A stretch of DNA of 64,000 bases, taken from the NCBI GenBank assembly GCA_964016885.1, contig OZ024748.1, positions 26,164,001-26,228,000 of the forward strand, given 5' to 3'. Position numbers and translations under genes: made by a program. How positions within the stretch are numbered: the stretch's first letter is position 1; the number at the start of each line of letters is the position of its first letter. Under the pieces are notes generated by a model. That model saw nothing but the letters and a program-made list of their open reading frames with translations. It had not been told where the DNA came from and ran no database searches. Positions 1-11,030 of this stretch are shown piece after piece. Source of the DNA: Eledone cirrhosa. Lineage: Eukaryota.

Positions 1-144
1 AATTATTTGCGTAGTACCATGAGTGAAGAGCGGTTGAATGCTCTGGCAATGATGTACATAGAGCGAGAACTGGCTGAAAAAATTGACTTCAGCATCGTGA
101 TTGAAAAATTTTCTAAAGTAAAACATCGCAAATTAGAACTGTAG
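1..144 (+). pseudogene. C-terminal dimerisation domain of a hAT-superfamily transposase (cut by window edge; intactness unknown)
   Basis: Frame +1 reads NYLRSTMSEERLNALAMMYIERELAEKIDFSIVIEKFSKVKHRKLEL*, matching the hAT motif YLRSTMxxERLxxLA; missed by the ORF track. Confidence 0.85.
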
Positions 145-490
145 AACAAGTGATATGCTCGAATGTGAAAGTAAAGTTTTAGATGGACGATTTGTTGCAC
201 ATACGAATTTTTGTTTGTGAATAATCGATTGCAAGACTAGTTTTACTGGATATTGTTTTGCTTTTTTCTGAAGATAGACCACCGTCTTTGCAGTTAATAA
301 AGTTTTCACGGAACATGCTAACTCTGTAATCTATGATGTATTCTACTCTATTATAAATTATCTATTCTAGACGCCCGTATGAACATATTTTCTTGCAGCT
401 GATGGAAATGAGCGTATGGAATTGGTGGGCCCCCTTTAGATCGGATTCCCCCCCCCCCCTCCCTGGCTTTAAAAGCTAGTTACGCCACTG
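1..490 (+). mobile_element. Right end of a hAT DNA transposon
   Basis: Transposase tail followed by ...GCTAGTTACGCCACTG ending at 490 (reverse complement CAGTGGCGTAACTAGC, a hAT-type TIR). Left TIR and TSD lie outside the window. Confidence 0.7.
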
Positions 491-676
491 CTTCTCACGA
501 CTCTGCATATTCGCCGCCTCCAATATTTTAAAATACACGTTAAATAAAAAAAAAAAAGGTTATATAGAACACGGCCATTTGTTAAAGTAGCAAATATTGT
601 TACGAAAACATATAAAATCGATTTTAAAAATCTTGGAAAACCAGATATAAGTTTCCTCAATCATATACTCCAAATA

Positions 677-855
677 TTGTTTCTACGTTTGGCACAAGGC
701 CAGCAATTCACCAGTGCATTACTGGTACTTTATTTTATCGACCCCGTAAGGATGAAAGGCAAAGTTAAACTCGGCGGGATTTGAACTCAGAATGGCAAGG
801 GCCGTAACTCTATACGTCAAAGCATGGCGCCCGACCCTCTACCGATACTGACATA
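677..855 (-). mobile_element. tRNA-derived SINE, family A
   Basis: Reverse complement of the 14145-14332 copy: A box, B box GAGTTCAAATCC, and body GCCTTTCATCCTTACGGGGTCGATAAAATAAAGTACCAG; >10 copies in window. Confidence 0.85.
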
Positions 856-1471
856 TTAAGAGTTGTAACCAGCAGATAGTATCAACAATGGAAAGATCAA
901 TAGAAATATTGTTTCCTTTGTCCAATCTGACTTCTTTTTCAAATATTTGTCAACATTGTTACTATTTGTGCTTTCTCTGTCCGACACTTTTTCTTCTTGC
1001 TTTGACTGAAGCTGGGGGGGGGGGGGGGGGGGGGGCGCACCTCTCAACCCGGCACGTAGGCCTGCTTGTTCTGTTACGAACTTTTGTTGCATTTCATCTG
1101 TGATTAAAGTGAAAGGGTATACTTATTAATTAATAGCTGATACACGCATAGCGGCTAATTGCTTTTGGTGTTGGAAACATTGACAAGTCGTTTCGCAAGC
1201 TAAGAAATACATATTTTGAGGACTATGAACACATTTTTTCGAATATACTTTGGAACGGTTACATTTACAATTGCCCCCAATGTTTATGTATAACACTCAC
1301 ACGTTTCCTTACACACCCCTAAATTAGCGAAAACAACACCACTTAAAATACAATTACAAAGTTAAATAAATTAGAATTAATAATTGTTTCCACTTTTTTT
1401 TTTATTCCCCTTTCAAAACTTCTTACTATAATTTAAACATCTCACTATTTATTAGCTACTATATATATATA

Positions 1472-1533
<62 letters not shown>

Positions 1534-1534
<1 letters not shown>

Positions 1535-2230
1535 TTCAATCAAGATTTTAACTTGTAATTTTTTAATTTCTAATTTTCAATCATAATTTCCACTGTGAAA
1601 CCATAATATCTAGAATCAAGTTTATACTCTCTTAGCGGCTGATGGTCAATTCTATTGTCCAATCATAACTTAGGGGTAGTATTGAGGCCTATTGAGAGTC
1701 ATACTCTGCCACCACCACTAGGTTTCGGTCAACTGCCACTGGCAGGGGGACTAGCAGTAAACTATAACCGTGTCATATTACAGACCTATATGGCTGATTG
1801 TTTCGTTGGGGTATGAGGGGACCTGCCTAGGCGAATTTCGTAGAGTTTTGGGGTAGTGGATGGTCAACTTCCTCCGGACTTGCGCCTGCGCAAACCGGTG
1901 GGGGTGAATTGGGACTCACAAGGGAACGGACGAAGGATTCAAGAACACCCGCTTTATCCGTTCCCCTGTCGATTCAATTTGGATTGTCCCGGGAACATCA
2001 CCTTATTATGAAAGAAGCTGTCTGATGATGTCACGGCACTGGGTACACCGAAGAGTGTGGCCACTGTTGTCATTGAAATATGTATCACAGCATTATCATT
2101 AAAGGACTTTAACATCTGAAACTACTTCGCATTTTCTTATTCTAAATATACTCCGTCACTCCTATGTGGGAAAAATACGCTGAGTGCTCGAATCGAATTG
2201 CAACAATATTTACCTTAAGTATATACTTAA

Positions 2231-2236
<6 letters not shown>
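1534..2236 (+). mobile_element. Non-coding Penelope-like/retrozyme-like unit bounded by (TA)n
   Basis: Flanked by TA tracts; contains a long hairpin (1907-1979, GGGAACGGA/TCCGTTCCC), a hammerhead (2017-2091), ATTAAA (2098) and a terminal palindrome TATTTACCTTAAGTATATACTTAAGGTAAATA. Confidence 0.6.
2017..2091 (+). ncRNA. Type I hammerhead ribozyme
   Basis: Stem I GCTGT/ACAGC; core CTGATGA (2022-2028); long imperfect stem II; GAAA (2075-2078); minimal stem III; UH = TC (2085-2086). Confidence 0.8.
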
Positions 2237-2261
<25 letters not shown>

Positions 2262-2385
2262 CACGATAAATTAACGGAGCCATAGAGCCTCGCCATTCCC
2301 TGTAAATAATGTGCTCAAAGGTTTTCCCCCTGTTTTATTGACAGCGCACTGTATATCTCTCCCTGGTGTGTTACCTTTTCAACAT

Positions 2386-2424
<39 letters not shown>

Positions 2425-2426
<2 letters not shown>

Positions 2427-2518
2427 CGAAGGAGGTGTGGTAAGGAACCAGATGGACCATAACGCACCAGAGCACTCAATATTTAGGGTAGTAGAGTGGG
2501 TAATAGCAAAACATTTTC

Positions 2519-2520
<2 letters not shown>
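2425..2520. mobile_element. Short TA-flanked repeat fragment (probable Penelope-like terminus)
   Basis: GTGGTAAGGAACCAGRTGGACCATAACGCACC...AGGGTAGTAGAGTGGGTAATA recurs at 11026-11108 and inverted at 11149-11202. Confidence 0.5.
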
Positions 2521-2560
<40 letters not shown>

Positions 2561-2562
<2 letters not shown>

Positions 2563-3153
2563 TGGCTGCCAACTCGTTTTCGAGTACGACCACTACTTTA
2601 TATCCATGTAGGAGGACCCCTACCGATGCGCTGAACAAGTGTTACTTTTTAGTCCAGCCAGCGACTTGAAAACTCTGGTACAAACACTACACTTGTGACA
2701 ATTATTGACACATAGTGCTGGGCCCATGGTACCATGTGACGACAAGTGCAGAGAGATCTCCTGATATAAAGCAATGCCTGTGCCGTGAAGCTTTTATAGT
2801 GAGCAAAGGCCTATCACAAAGCCAGTCCCACTCTCTTAACCAAGATGATATTTACCAAAAAGAAGAACATGTCAACATCATTGGATACCATCAGGGTTGC
2901 AGGTGTTATATCAGAGTTTTCCTTCTCCTAGAATTCTGCCTTGACAAAGGCTAAGGGGTCATCTCTCCCGGTGATTTTGGATGGCCATTGACTCTTAAGA
3001 GCTCCTTTGCCCTTTGACAGGTTTTGTTTTTAGTCCTGCAGTATGTCCAAAGTCACCCTCCTCACCAAGAAACCTTGGTGGGGTTGCCAGTTTAGTCGCC
3101 AACGGACCCGACCATGAGACAGGTTGTACTGGGATACATGTTACCAGTAGCAC
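2561..3153 (-). mobile_element. Non-autonomous RTE-derived retroelement, 5'-truncated copy
   Basis: Highly similar to 46781-47390. Minus strand has RTE 5'UTR-like TCTAGGAGAAGGAAAACTCTGA and RTE-like 3' end GTCGTACTCGAAAACGAGTTGGCAGCCACC abutting (TA)n; no recognisable ORF. Confidence 0.75.
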
Positions 3154-3439
3154 ACACACACGGTATATAAAAAAGGGTATATATCAATAGAGAAACAATT
3201 GGTAGTTTGTAGATATACAAAATAAATATATGTTAAGTAAATATTCTAACTTCAAGGTGGTAACAAGACTAAATAGATTTTTTTTTATTCAGAAACAATC
3301 GATATATGTAGTTCCTGCACGTTCTTTTCATGACAAAGCTTACGTTTGTTATACACACACATTTATAAAAACCTTATATATTTGCTAGCATAGGTATGCA
3401 TCTGTATATATATGTTGGTAGATATACTAATTCTTTATA

Positions 3440-3498
<59 letters not shown>

Positions 3499-3520
3499 CA
3501 TATATATATATATATATACA

Positions 3521-3570
<50 letters not shown>

Positions 3571-3596
3571 TATATATATATATATATATATATACA

Positions 3597-3671
<75 letters not shown>

Positions 3672-3675
<4 letters not shown>

Positions 3676-3780
3676 AAATTGGATGGAACGGAAACAAAAA
3701 CAGAAAGGCAGTACAAACAAAGGTTTATTAGTTTCACGCTCTTGAGAGTGAGGAGGGGGGGGGGGGACGTTTCGGGCATA
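3672..3780 (-). mobile_element. Penelope-like 3' terminal fragment with half hammerhead
   Basis: Minus strand reads CCCGAAACGTC (hammerhead 3' half), then AATAAA, ending TTTCAC-TA like the arms of the 4081-4411 palindrome. Confidence 0.45.
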
Positions 3781-3939
3781 CATATATATATATATGGAAT
3801 AACAAGTTATCGTTATAGGTTGTGAGTACTCTGTATTGTGGATAGTTCTAACGTACGGCGTTGTTTGACTCAACAAGAGGTTTCCTTAGTTAGGTGGCGA
3901 GTTCCCGGGAATTCCTATGCAGGTTATTCTTGGAGTAAT

Positions 3940-4080
3940 AATTGATTTTACTTTCGGCACAAGGCCTGCAATTATTCCAGTGCATTACTGGTACTTTATT
4001 TTATCGACCCCGTAAGGATGAAAGGCAAAGTTAACCTCGGCGGGATTTGAACTCAGAATGGCAAGGGCCGTAACTCTATA
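3940..4080 (-). mobile_element. SINE family A, truncated at the palindrome insertion
   Basis: Matches 677-810 up to CTCTATA, where the palindrome starts. Confidence 0.8.
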
Positions 4081-4407
4081 GTGAAAGATTGAAGAATAAC
4101 ATGGTCGGCTGTACAAAAAGGGTTTTATTTCTAGTATTAACAATTGTTTCATTGATCAGGTGAGTCTAAAGGCCGCTAATCAATCGAAGTTGCGTCACTC
4201 GACCTTAAATATAGTCTTTGCTTCTGATCATATCATCCGAATACTGAGTATTCCGATGATTTGATCAGAGGCAAACACTGTATTTAAGGTCGAGTGACGC
4301 AACTTCGATTGATTAGCGGCCTTTAGACTCACCTGATCAATAAAACAATTGTTAATACTAGAAATAAAACCCTTTTTGTACAACCGACCATGTTATTCTT
4401 CAATCTT

Positions 4408-4411
<4 letters not shown>
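4081..4411. repeat. 331-bp near-perfect palindrome of two head-to-head degenerate hammerhead units
   Basis: 4081-4245 is the reverse complement of 4247-4411 with few mismatches and no indels; 1-nt centre at 4246; TA on both sides. Confidence 0.92.
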
Positions 4412-4456
<45 letters not shown>

Positions 4457-4457
4457 A

Positions 4458-4645
4458 ATAATTGTTTCTACTTTTGGCACAAGGCCAGCAATTACCCAGT
4501 ACATTACTGGTACTTTATTTTATCGACCCCGTAAGGATGAAAGGCAAAGTTAACCTTGGAGGGATTTGAACTCAGTCCGTAAAGGGACGTAACTCTATGC
4601 CAGAAAGCATGGCGTCCGACCCTCTACTGATACTGCCAATCCACT
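4458..4645 (-). mobile_element. SINE family A
   Basis: Full-length match to other family A copies. Confidence 0.85.
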
Positions 4646-5000
4646 GTGTGTGTGTAATAATATGAAGAAGATATATAAGTATGTATGCATGCATTCGTGT
4701 GTGCAATTGTATGAAAATGTTCTTGTACACAAGCACATTTTAGTATATAAATACATATCAACAACTATTCTGCACCTAATAGAAAGGAGGGAGAGAAGAT
4801 TATGTTAATATTTATATTAAAGTTAAGGCGGATGTAAACAACTGAGGCAGAAACAAAAGAAAATCTCTGGCATAATACACATAAAAGTACGAACTTACAT
4901 CTATGTGTTTGTCTGTATACGTGTGTGTGTGTTTGCATGTGTCCGTATCTATGTGTTTGTATTTGCACGTGTCTGTATGCATGTGTTTGTATGCCTATGC

Positions 5001-5074
<74 letters not shown>

Positions 5075-5149
5075 AAGTATGTATATATGCGTGTAATGTG
5101 TACGTGTGCTTAACTTAGTTTGTAATACATATACTGTAATACAGTCTGT

Positions 5150-5475
5150 CGTGGCAGAATGGTTTACAAGTTCGCTTAGCAATCATTAGATCCCGGATTT
5201 GATCCAATTGCGTGGCATCTTGGGCAGTTGTCACTTCTCTTACGCTTGTTTCCACCCATACCCTGTTGAAGATATTGGATAGATAGAAACTGTTCGGTAG
5301 CCTGTCAGATCGACTGTACCTGTAATGTCACAGTGTCACATTCAATTTCCATGAGAATTCCGTTAACTGTACACGTGTTTGTGGAATGATCAGCCACTTA
5401 CACAGTAATTTCAGGAGCAGGCTGTTCAGTTGATTGAATAACTGGAACAATCATCGTCAAAATCGGCAGAGGCCC
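5150..5475 (+). mobile_element. Degenerate tRNA-derived CORE-like SINE (family C)
   Basis: A box TGGCAGAATGG, degenerate B box, CTTGGGCAGTTGTC; 3' module GAGCAGGCTGTTC...AACTGGAAC shared with 11625-11670. Confidence 0.6.
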
Positions 5476-5485
5476 AACAAAAATT

Positions 5486-5992
5486 CATGTGTGAATGTAT
5501 GGGTGTATGAATATGGAGGTGTGTATGTGTGTATGTGTGTATGAATATGGAGGTGTGTATGTGTGTACGTGTATGAATATGTATGTATGTATGGGTGTAT
5601 GAATATGGAGGTGTGTATGTGTGTATGAATATGTATGTATGTATGGGTGTATGAATATGGAGGTGTGTATGTGTGTACGTGTATGAATATGTATGTATGT
5701 ATGGGTGTATGAATATGGAGGTGTGTATGTGTGTACGTGTAGGAATATGTATGTATGTATGGGTGTATGAATATGGAGGTGTGTATGTGTGTACGTGTAT
5801 GAATATGTATGTATGTATGGGTGTATGAATATGGAGGTGTGTATGTGTGTACGTGTAGGAATATGTATGTATGTATGGGTGTATGAATATGGAGGTGTGT
5901 GTACGTGTATGAATATGGAGGTGTGTATGTGTGTATGAATATGGAGGTGTGTTTGTGTGTACGTGTATGAATATGTATGTATGTGTGTACGT
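5486..5992. repeat. GT-rich compound minisatellite (~58-bp unit)
   Basis: Repeated GTATGAATATGGAGGTGTGTATGTGTGTACGT blocks. Confidence 0.9.
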
Positions 5993-6218
5993 GAAATCGA
6001 ATAGAAATACATCTTCAAACTATTGTAGTTTTGAAGTATTTGAACGATTTCAAAGTTAAGCACAAGATCACATTTTTGACTAATTATGGTGACAATCGAT
6101 TTGATCGAAGCCAACCTTGATTGGTGCTTATTTTTCTCAGCCTTGGAATGATAAAAGGCTATGTCGATCTTTGCGAATTTTGAACTTAAAGATTAAAAGC
6201 GAGTAATTAAACACCCAA

Positions 6219-6595
6219 GCGGCCAAAATGGAGTTCCTCCAAAGTAGTAACGTTACTCGATAGAGTACGGAGTTCGGAGATAGGAGAGTCATTCCACGTA
6301 GAGTCCACTACTTCTGTTGACAGATAACAACTCCGATATCACGGGCATGTGATTAGAATATCTCAGGAAAGAATTGGTGGACAGATTTTACGGGAAAAAC
6401 CAACCGGCAGGAGACCTGGGGGTAGACCTCGAGCAATATGGTTGGATAACATCCATGAGCTTGTCTGGTCTCGCTTGGGGATCCAGTAGGATCAATTGGA
6501 GACAACTGCTTCTGAGTGGACTCGCTGGAAGGAGTGTTTGAGGACTCTGCCTCCACGATTCATAAAGGAATACGTGGGAGAAGAAGAAGAAAAAA
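6219..6595 (+). mobile_element. 3' fragment of RTE-clade (Expander/Rex3-like) LINE
   Basis: Translates with stops/shifts to QLRYHGHVIRISQER...KPTGRRPGGRPRAIWLDNI...RWKECLRTLPPR; (GAA)n tail; same family as 27668-29020. Confidence 0.8.
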
Positions 6596-8867
6596 ATTAA
6601 ATTAGTGAAGTTCTATTTACCTATTCTACCAATCCACCACCCAATATGAAGATGATAGTAAAAAAAATCTTTTACGTATTATCCACACTAATTAATTACG
6701 GTGATGTACGTAATTGTTTTTCATTCGTTCTTAATGAAATAGTTTTACTTTGACGACTTAAAAAAACATCATCCTTCTACTTAGAACTTGTTGCGCCACA
6801 TTTATTTCAGAATTCGGTGTTTAGGGAGGGGTTTACTTTCTGATCAAAATTTTGGACAAAAGACAAGAATATTCCAAGTAAAAGTTGATTAAAATATTAT
6901 CTTTATTTTATAATTTCGCAGTTATTATCAATTAAAAAATTAAAAAATAATTTTTTTTTCATCCCCCAAATTAAACAAATACAAAAGAGAGTAAGTAAGC
7001 CATGTTTATTACCGAAAATGTTTGTGTTGAAGCTTTTCAAAATATCTATATTCTCTTTATTTTTTTACCCTTTTCATAATTTTATATTTATAAAGAGAGA
7101 TGGAAGATAGATTAAAGCGAAAATTCCTGTTCAGCTAAATTGTGTTTGTATAATATTAAAAGAAAGCATAGTTAGAATAACATTTCCCTCTCTTAATGTT
7201 TGACTTTGTAGTGGATCCAATGAATTAAAAAGAATTTATTGTTGAACAGAAGTAGACAATACGAAAGTATTCTAAAAAAAATAAAAGGATTAAAATAATA
7301 AAGAGGAAGAGAGAAAAGGGAAGACAAAATTTAAATAATGAAAAAAGGGGTAAAGGAGAGGACATAAACATTATACTTGTGGCTAGGCAGTACATCTCAG
7401 CTATGTCCAGAAACAAGATGGCGAGGCCGCGGAGAAACGCCAGTGATACCTGGTGGGGTGGGGGTGGGCTCCATCCTTCTCCTGATTTTGCAGAGGTAAA
7501 CGGTAAACAGCAGTCCAATGAAGACCGACATGAAAATGGTAGAAGTCGGTCAAGACCCAGAATTTGGTAATCTAATGAATTAGTCTTTGACGTTAGTCTA
7601 GCCTGCGTTGTATCACAGAGTTCACCAAAATGAACTCAATAAACAGATCAGATAACAAAAAAAAATGAAATATGAGATTTCGACATTAATCCCGTTAATC
7701 CTGTTAATATTTCTACTGTAATCATTTATTTAATCTTAGTAAAGTTAATCAACCAGTCTCTTTTTACGCCGTTCACCACTCCCCCCCCCCCCAATAGGTA
7801 TTCTTCACACACTTTGAAAACTAATTTCTTTGAAAAGAGCTTTAAAATGTTTTAAAAACTTTTATTATTTTTCAAATCCTATCAAATTACTATATATTAG
7901 TAAAATTATAACCCAAACTCCACCCACTTTCTAGTTTACACAGACGCATATATATATATATATATATACACACATGTATTTATACACCCAAATATACATA
8001 CACATAAAACACGTCTTTCATATCACGCAAATACATAGAGACGATAGAAAGGTTTTTAAAATGTTAATATACATAATTTCCTCTTACCACCACTTTATAA
8101 TCACCGCCCCACTTGCTTTTTTTTTCTCTTTTCTCAAAATTGATCTCCAACCTAACTCAAAAAACAACTTTCACTTGTTCTTTTAACTCTATACTCACAA
8201 TATTTATTTCACTATTTTTTCTTTCTTCCCCTTCATTCCCCAAATAACAAAACAAAAAACAACAAATATATATTTTTGCTCTCCCAATGGTTTTATTACA
8301 AGATAGCTTTTCGCCCACAGTAAAATATTCTTAATGTATCAAGTAAAATATATAATTTGGGCGGCACCCAGATGTTTCCTGGCATACATGTTTGATTCAC
8401 AATTACCATCTTCTGTTACAGAATTTAGTGTCAGGTATCTTGCTTGGACATAAAACAATGTACGACAGACCTATCATAAGCCTGAAAATTCCAATTGACG
8501 AACGCCTAATTTCTCAAAAGCTGAAGACATCCACGGGGATTTGCTAAGATTTACCCAAAATTATAAACTTCCGAACTTCTCCTCTGTACAAGTTCTACAA
8601 GGATTTTATTCCCCGCCCAATTTAATATTCAAGAAATTCACTATTGGATATACTCAACGCGCGTGCAAAAAAAGAAAAGAAGAAAAGGGATTCGATTAAT
8701 ACATGTTTTAGTTTTAAATACGAATATCAATCTAAAGATTTGCTCAATCGATTTCGTCAAATCACACCTTATCTTTGCCTACATATTTTCTTTTCTTTAT
8801 TTTTCTTATATATCTTTTCTGTGATTTCAATTTCAAATTAATATTCCAACGTTCCTCTATTGGTTAG

Positions 8868-8905
<38 letters not shown>

Positions 8906-9371
8906 ACACTCACACACAAGAAAAGAATTTTAAAAAAGAAAAAAAAGAGTTCGATTAATACCTTTGTGTTGATTTCACCTACGAGATTCGCTCTATATAT
9001 TTCGTCGAATCACACCTTATCTTTTGCTCTCCAACAAAATATATTTTTTAAAATTTGATTTGTAATACTTTTAGTATTTTTCAAAGTTGCTTCTTATATA
9101 TATATATATATATATATATAGACAAACATACACACACCTGGGATTGACCGCTATACGCTGTGATCTGTTAATAATTATATAATTACCGTCTCGGCTATAT
9201 GAGATGTTTTTGAATCGAAAATATTTTCCATGTAATCTTCTGAATTCTTTGTGAATTTCATGGATTTTAAATTATAAATTTAATAAAAAAAGTAATAAAA
9301 TTTAAGAAGAATCTTCAAAATTATGCCTCATTTGGAATATAACCAGTCGACCATAACAGTTACATTGTAAA

Positions 9372-9437
9372 ATGCAGCCAACCGGCTCCACTATGCACGG
9401 GTATGTCTACATTCTTTGGATAGCATGGTCACTATTG
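9372..9437 (+). CDS. Candidate first coding exon (signal peptide) of a host gene
   Basis: AAAATG start, MQPTGSTMHGYVYILWIAWSLL, phase-0 consensus donor GTAAGT at 9438; unique sequence. Confidence 0.5.
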
Positions 9438-9589
9438 GTAAGTCATTAGTTGTTTTCTTTTTACATTTTTTTTTTATTCATTATATCTTTTGTTTTTCCT
9501 TTTTAATATTTTGGCTTCTTCGTTTTGTTAAACTGATATTTCTAAAACTCGCAACTTGCCTGGTTTAGGCCCTCTTCAACTAACGGTGA

Positions 9590-10146
9590 AGTCGTAGGGT
9601 GCTGTCATAACATACAACGTGTCGTAGGGGTGCTGTCATAACATACGTGTCGTAGGGGTGCTGTCATAACATACGTGTCGTAGGGGTGCTGTCATAACAT
9701 ACAACGTGTCGTAGGGGTGCTGTCATAACATACGTGTCGTAGGGGTGCTGTCATAACATACAACGTGTCGTAGGGGTGCTGTCGTAACATACAACGTGTC
9801 GTAGGGGTACTGTCATAACATACAACGTGTCGTAGGGGTGCTGTCATAACATACAACGTGTCGTAGGGGTGCCGTCGTAACATGCAGAGTGTCTTAGGGG
9901 TGCCGTCGTAACATACAACGTATCTTAGGGGTGCCGTCGTAACATACAGCGTATCTTAGGGGTGCTGTCGTAACATACAGCGCATCTTAGGGGTGCTGTC
10001 GTAACATACAGCGCATCTTAGGGGTGCTGTCGTAACATACAGCGCATCTTAGGGGTGTCGTCGTAACATACAGCGCATCTTAGGGGTGCTGTCGTAACAT
10101 ACAGCGCATCTTAGGGGTGCCGTCGTAACATATAGCGTTTCGTAGG
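9590..10146. repeat. 31/28-bp minisatellite, ~18 units
   Basis: Unit GTGTCGTAGGGGTGCTGTCATAACATAC(AAC), drifting to GCATCTTAGGGGTGCTGTCGTAACATACAG. Confidence 0.95.
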
Positions 10147-10273
10147 GATTTTAAACCCGCCAAGCCTATTCCTCTCTAAATCTGACTACAATCTATTTCT
10201 TTTAGAGAGAGAGAGAGAGAGAATCGACCATCGGTAATGGACTGGTACCTTATTGATCTCGAAAGGATAAAAA

Positions 10274-10590
10274 CGGCAGCACATTGGCAGAATCGTTAGA
10301 ACGTCGGTATATGCGGTATTCGTTCTGGCTTTCTGCTCCCTCAGTTTAAATCGGGCCCAGGTTAACTTTGCCTTTCATCCATTCGAGGTCGATAAAAAAA
10401 GTTACCTGTCTAGTCTCTAGTACTGAGGTTGATTCTTCCTCTAATCTCTTTCTCACTCTCTCTATCCTTCTTTGGAAGAAACCTGCTGTGTTCAGACCTG
10501 GATAGGAGATGGGTTCCGCCAGGTTTAAAAATACACAAGAAACACCCCATGTGTCAATATGACACCCCTACGACTTTATCAGGATTTACG
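10274..10590 (+). mobile_element. Family A-related SINE with extended 3' module
   Basis: A box TGGCAGAATCGTTAG, body CTTTGCCTTTCATCC...GGTCGATAAA; 3' module shared with 15685-15940. Confidence 0.7.
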
Positions 10591-10974
10591 GGTCCATACA
10601 TACATACAAAGAATAAAGGTCAAACTGTTTCGGTGCAATTTGAACTCGGGGCGTAGAGGGCTGGATGGGATTACGCAAGGTGTTCTATCTGACACTCTAA
10701 CGACACCACTTTCCATGTCTATATTTGTGTGGTTACCTGTATGTGCGGGCATATGTATGTCAGGTTGCACCTGTTTCTACACATGTATGTGTGCGCATGC
10801 GTGTGTGTTTGTTTAAGGATTCACCTGTTTGATATTTCTAACGCTACAGATAAGTGTTTGCCATTAATGTGTGAACGTGGGTGTGACTGGGCATTTACCG
10901 TTTTGTATACACGTACATGCGTGCGCTTGTTTACTATAATGTGCGCATGCGCATTATTAGAAGGGGTTTTCCTA

Positions 10975-11025
<51 letters not shown>

Positions 11026-11030
<5 letters not shown>

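Noticed and set aside
2715-2954. 79-aa ORF conserved in both RTE-derivative copies (also 46935-47174)
   Set aside because: Antisense to the element, GTG start, no motif; conservation is explained by recent copy identity.
3795-3935. Possible minus-strand hammerhead (GAAACCTCTTGTTGAGTC)
   Set aside because: No CUGANGA core or matching stem I strand.
5485-6114. 209-aa His/Thr/Tyr-rich ORF
   Set aside because: Translation of a GT-rich minisatellite.
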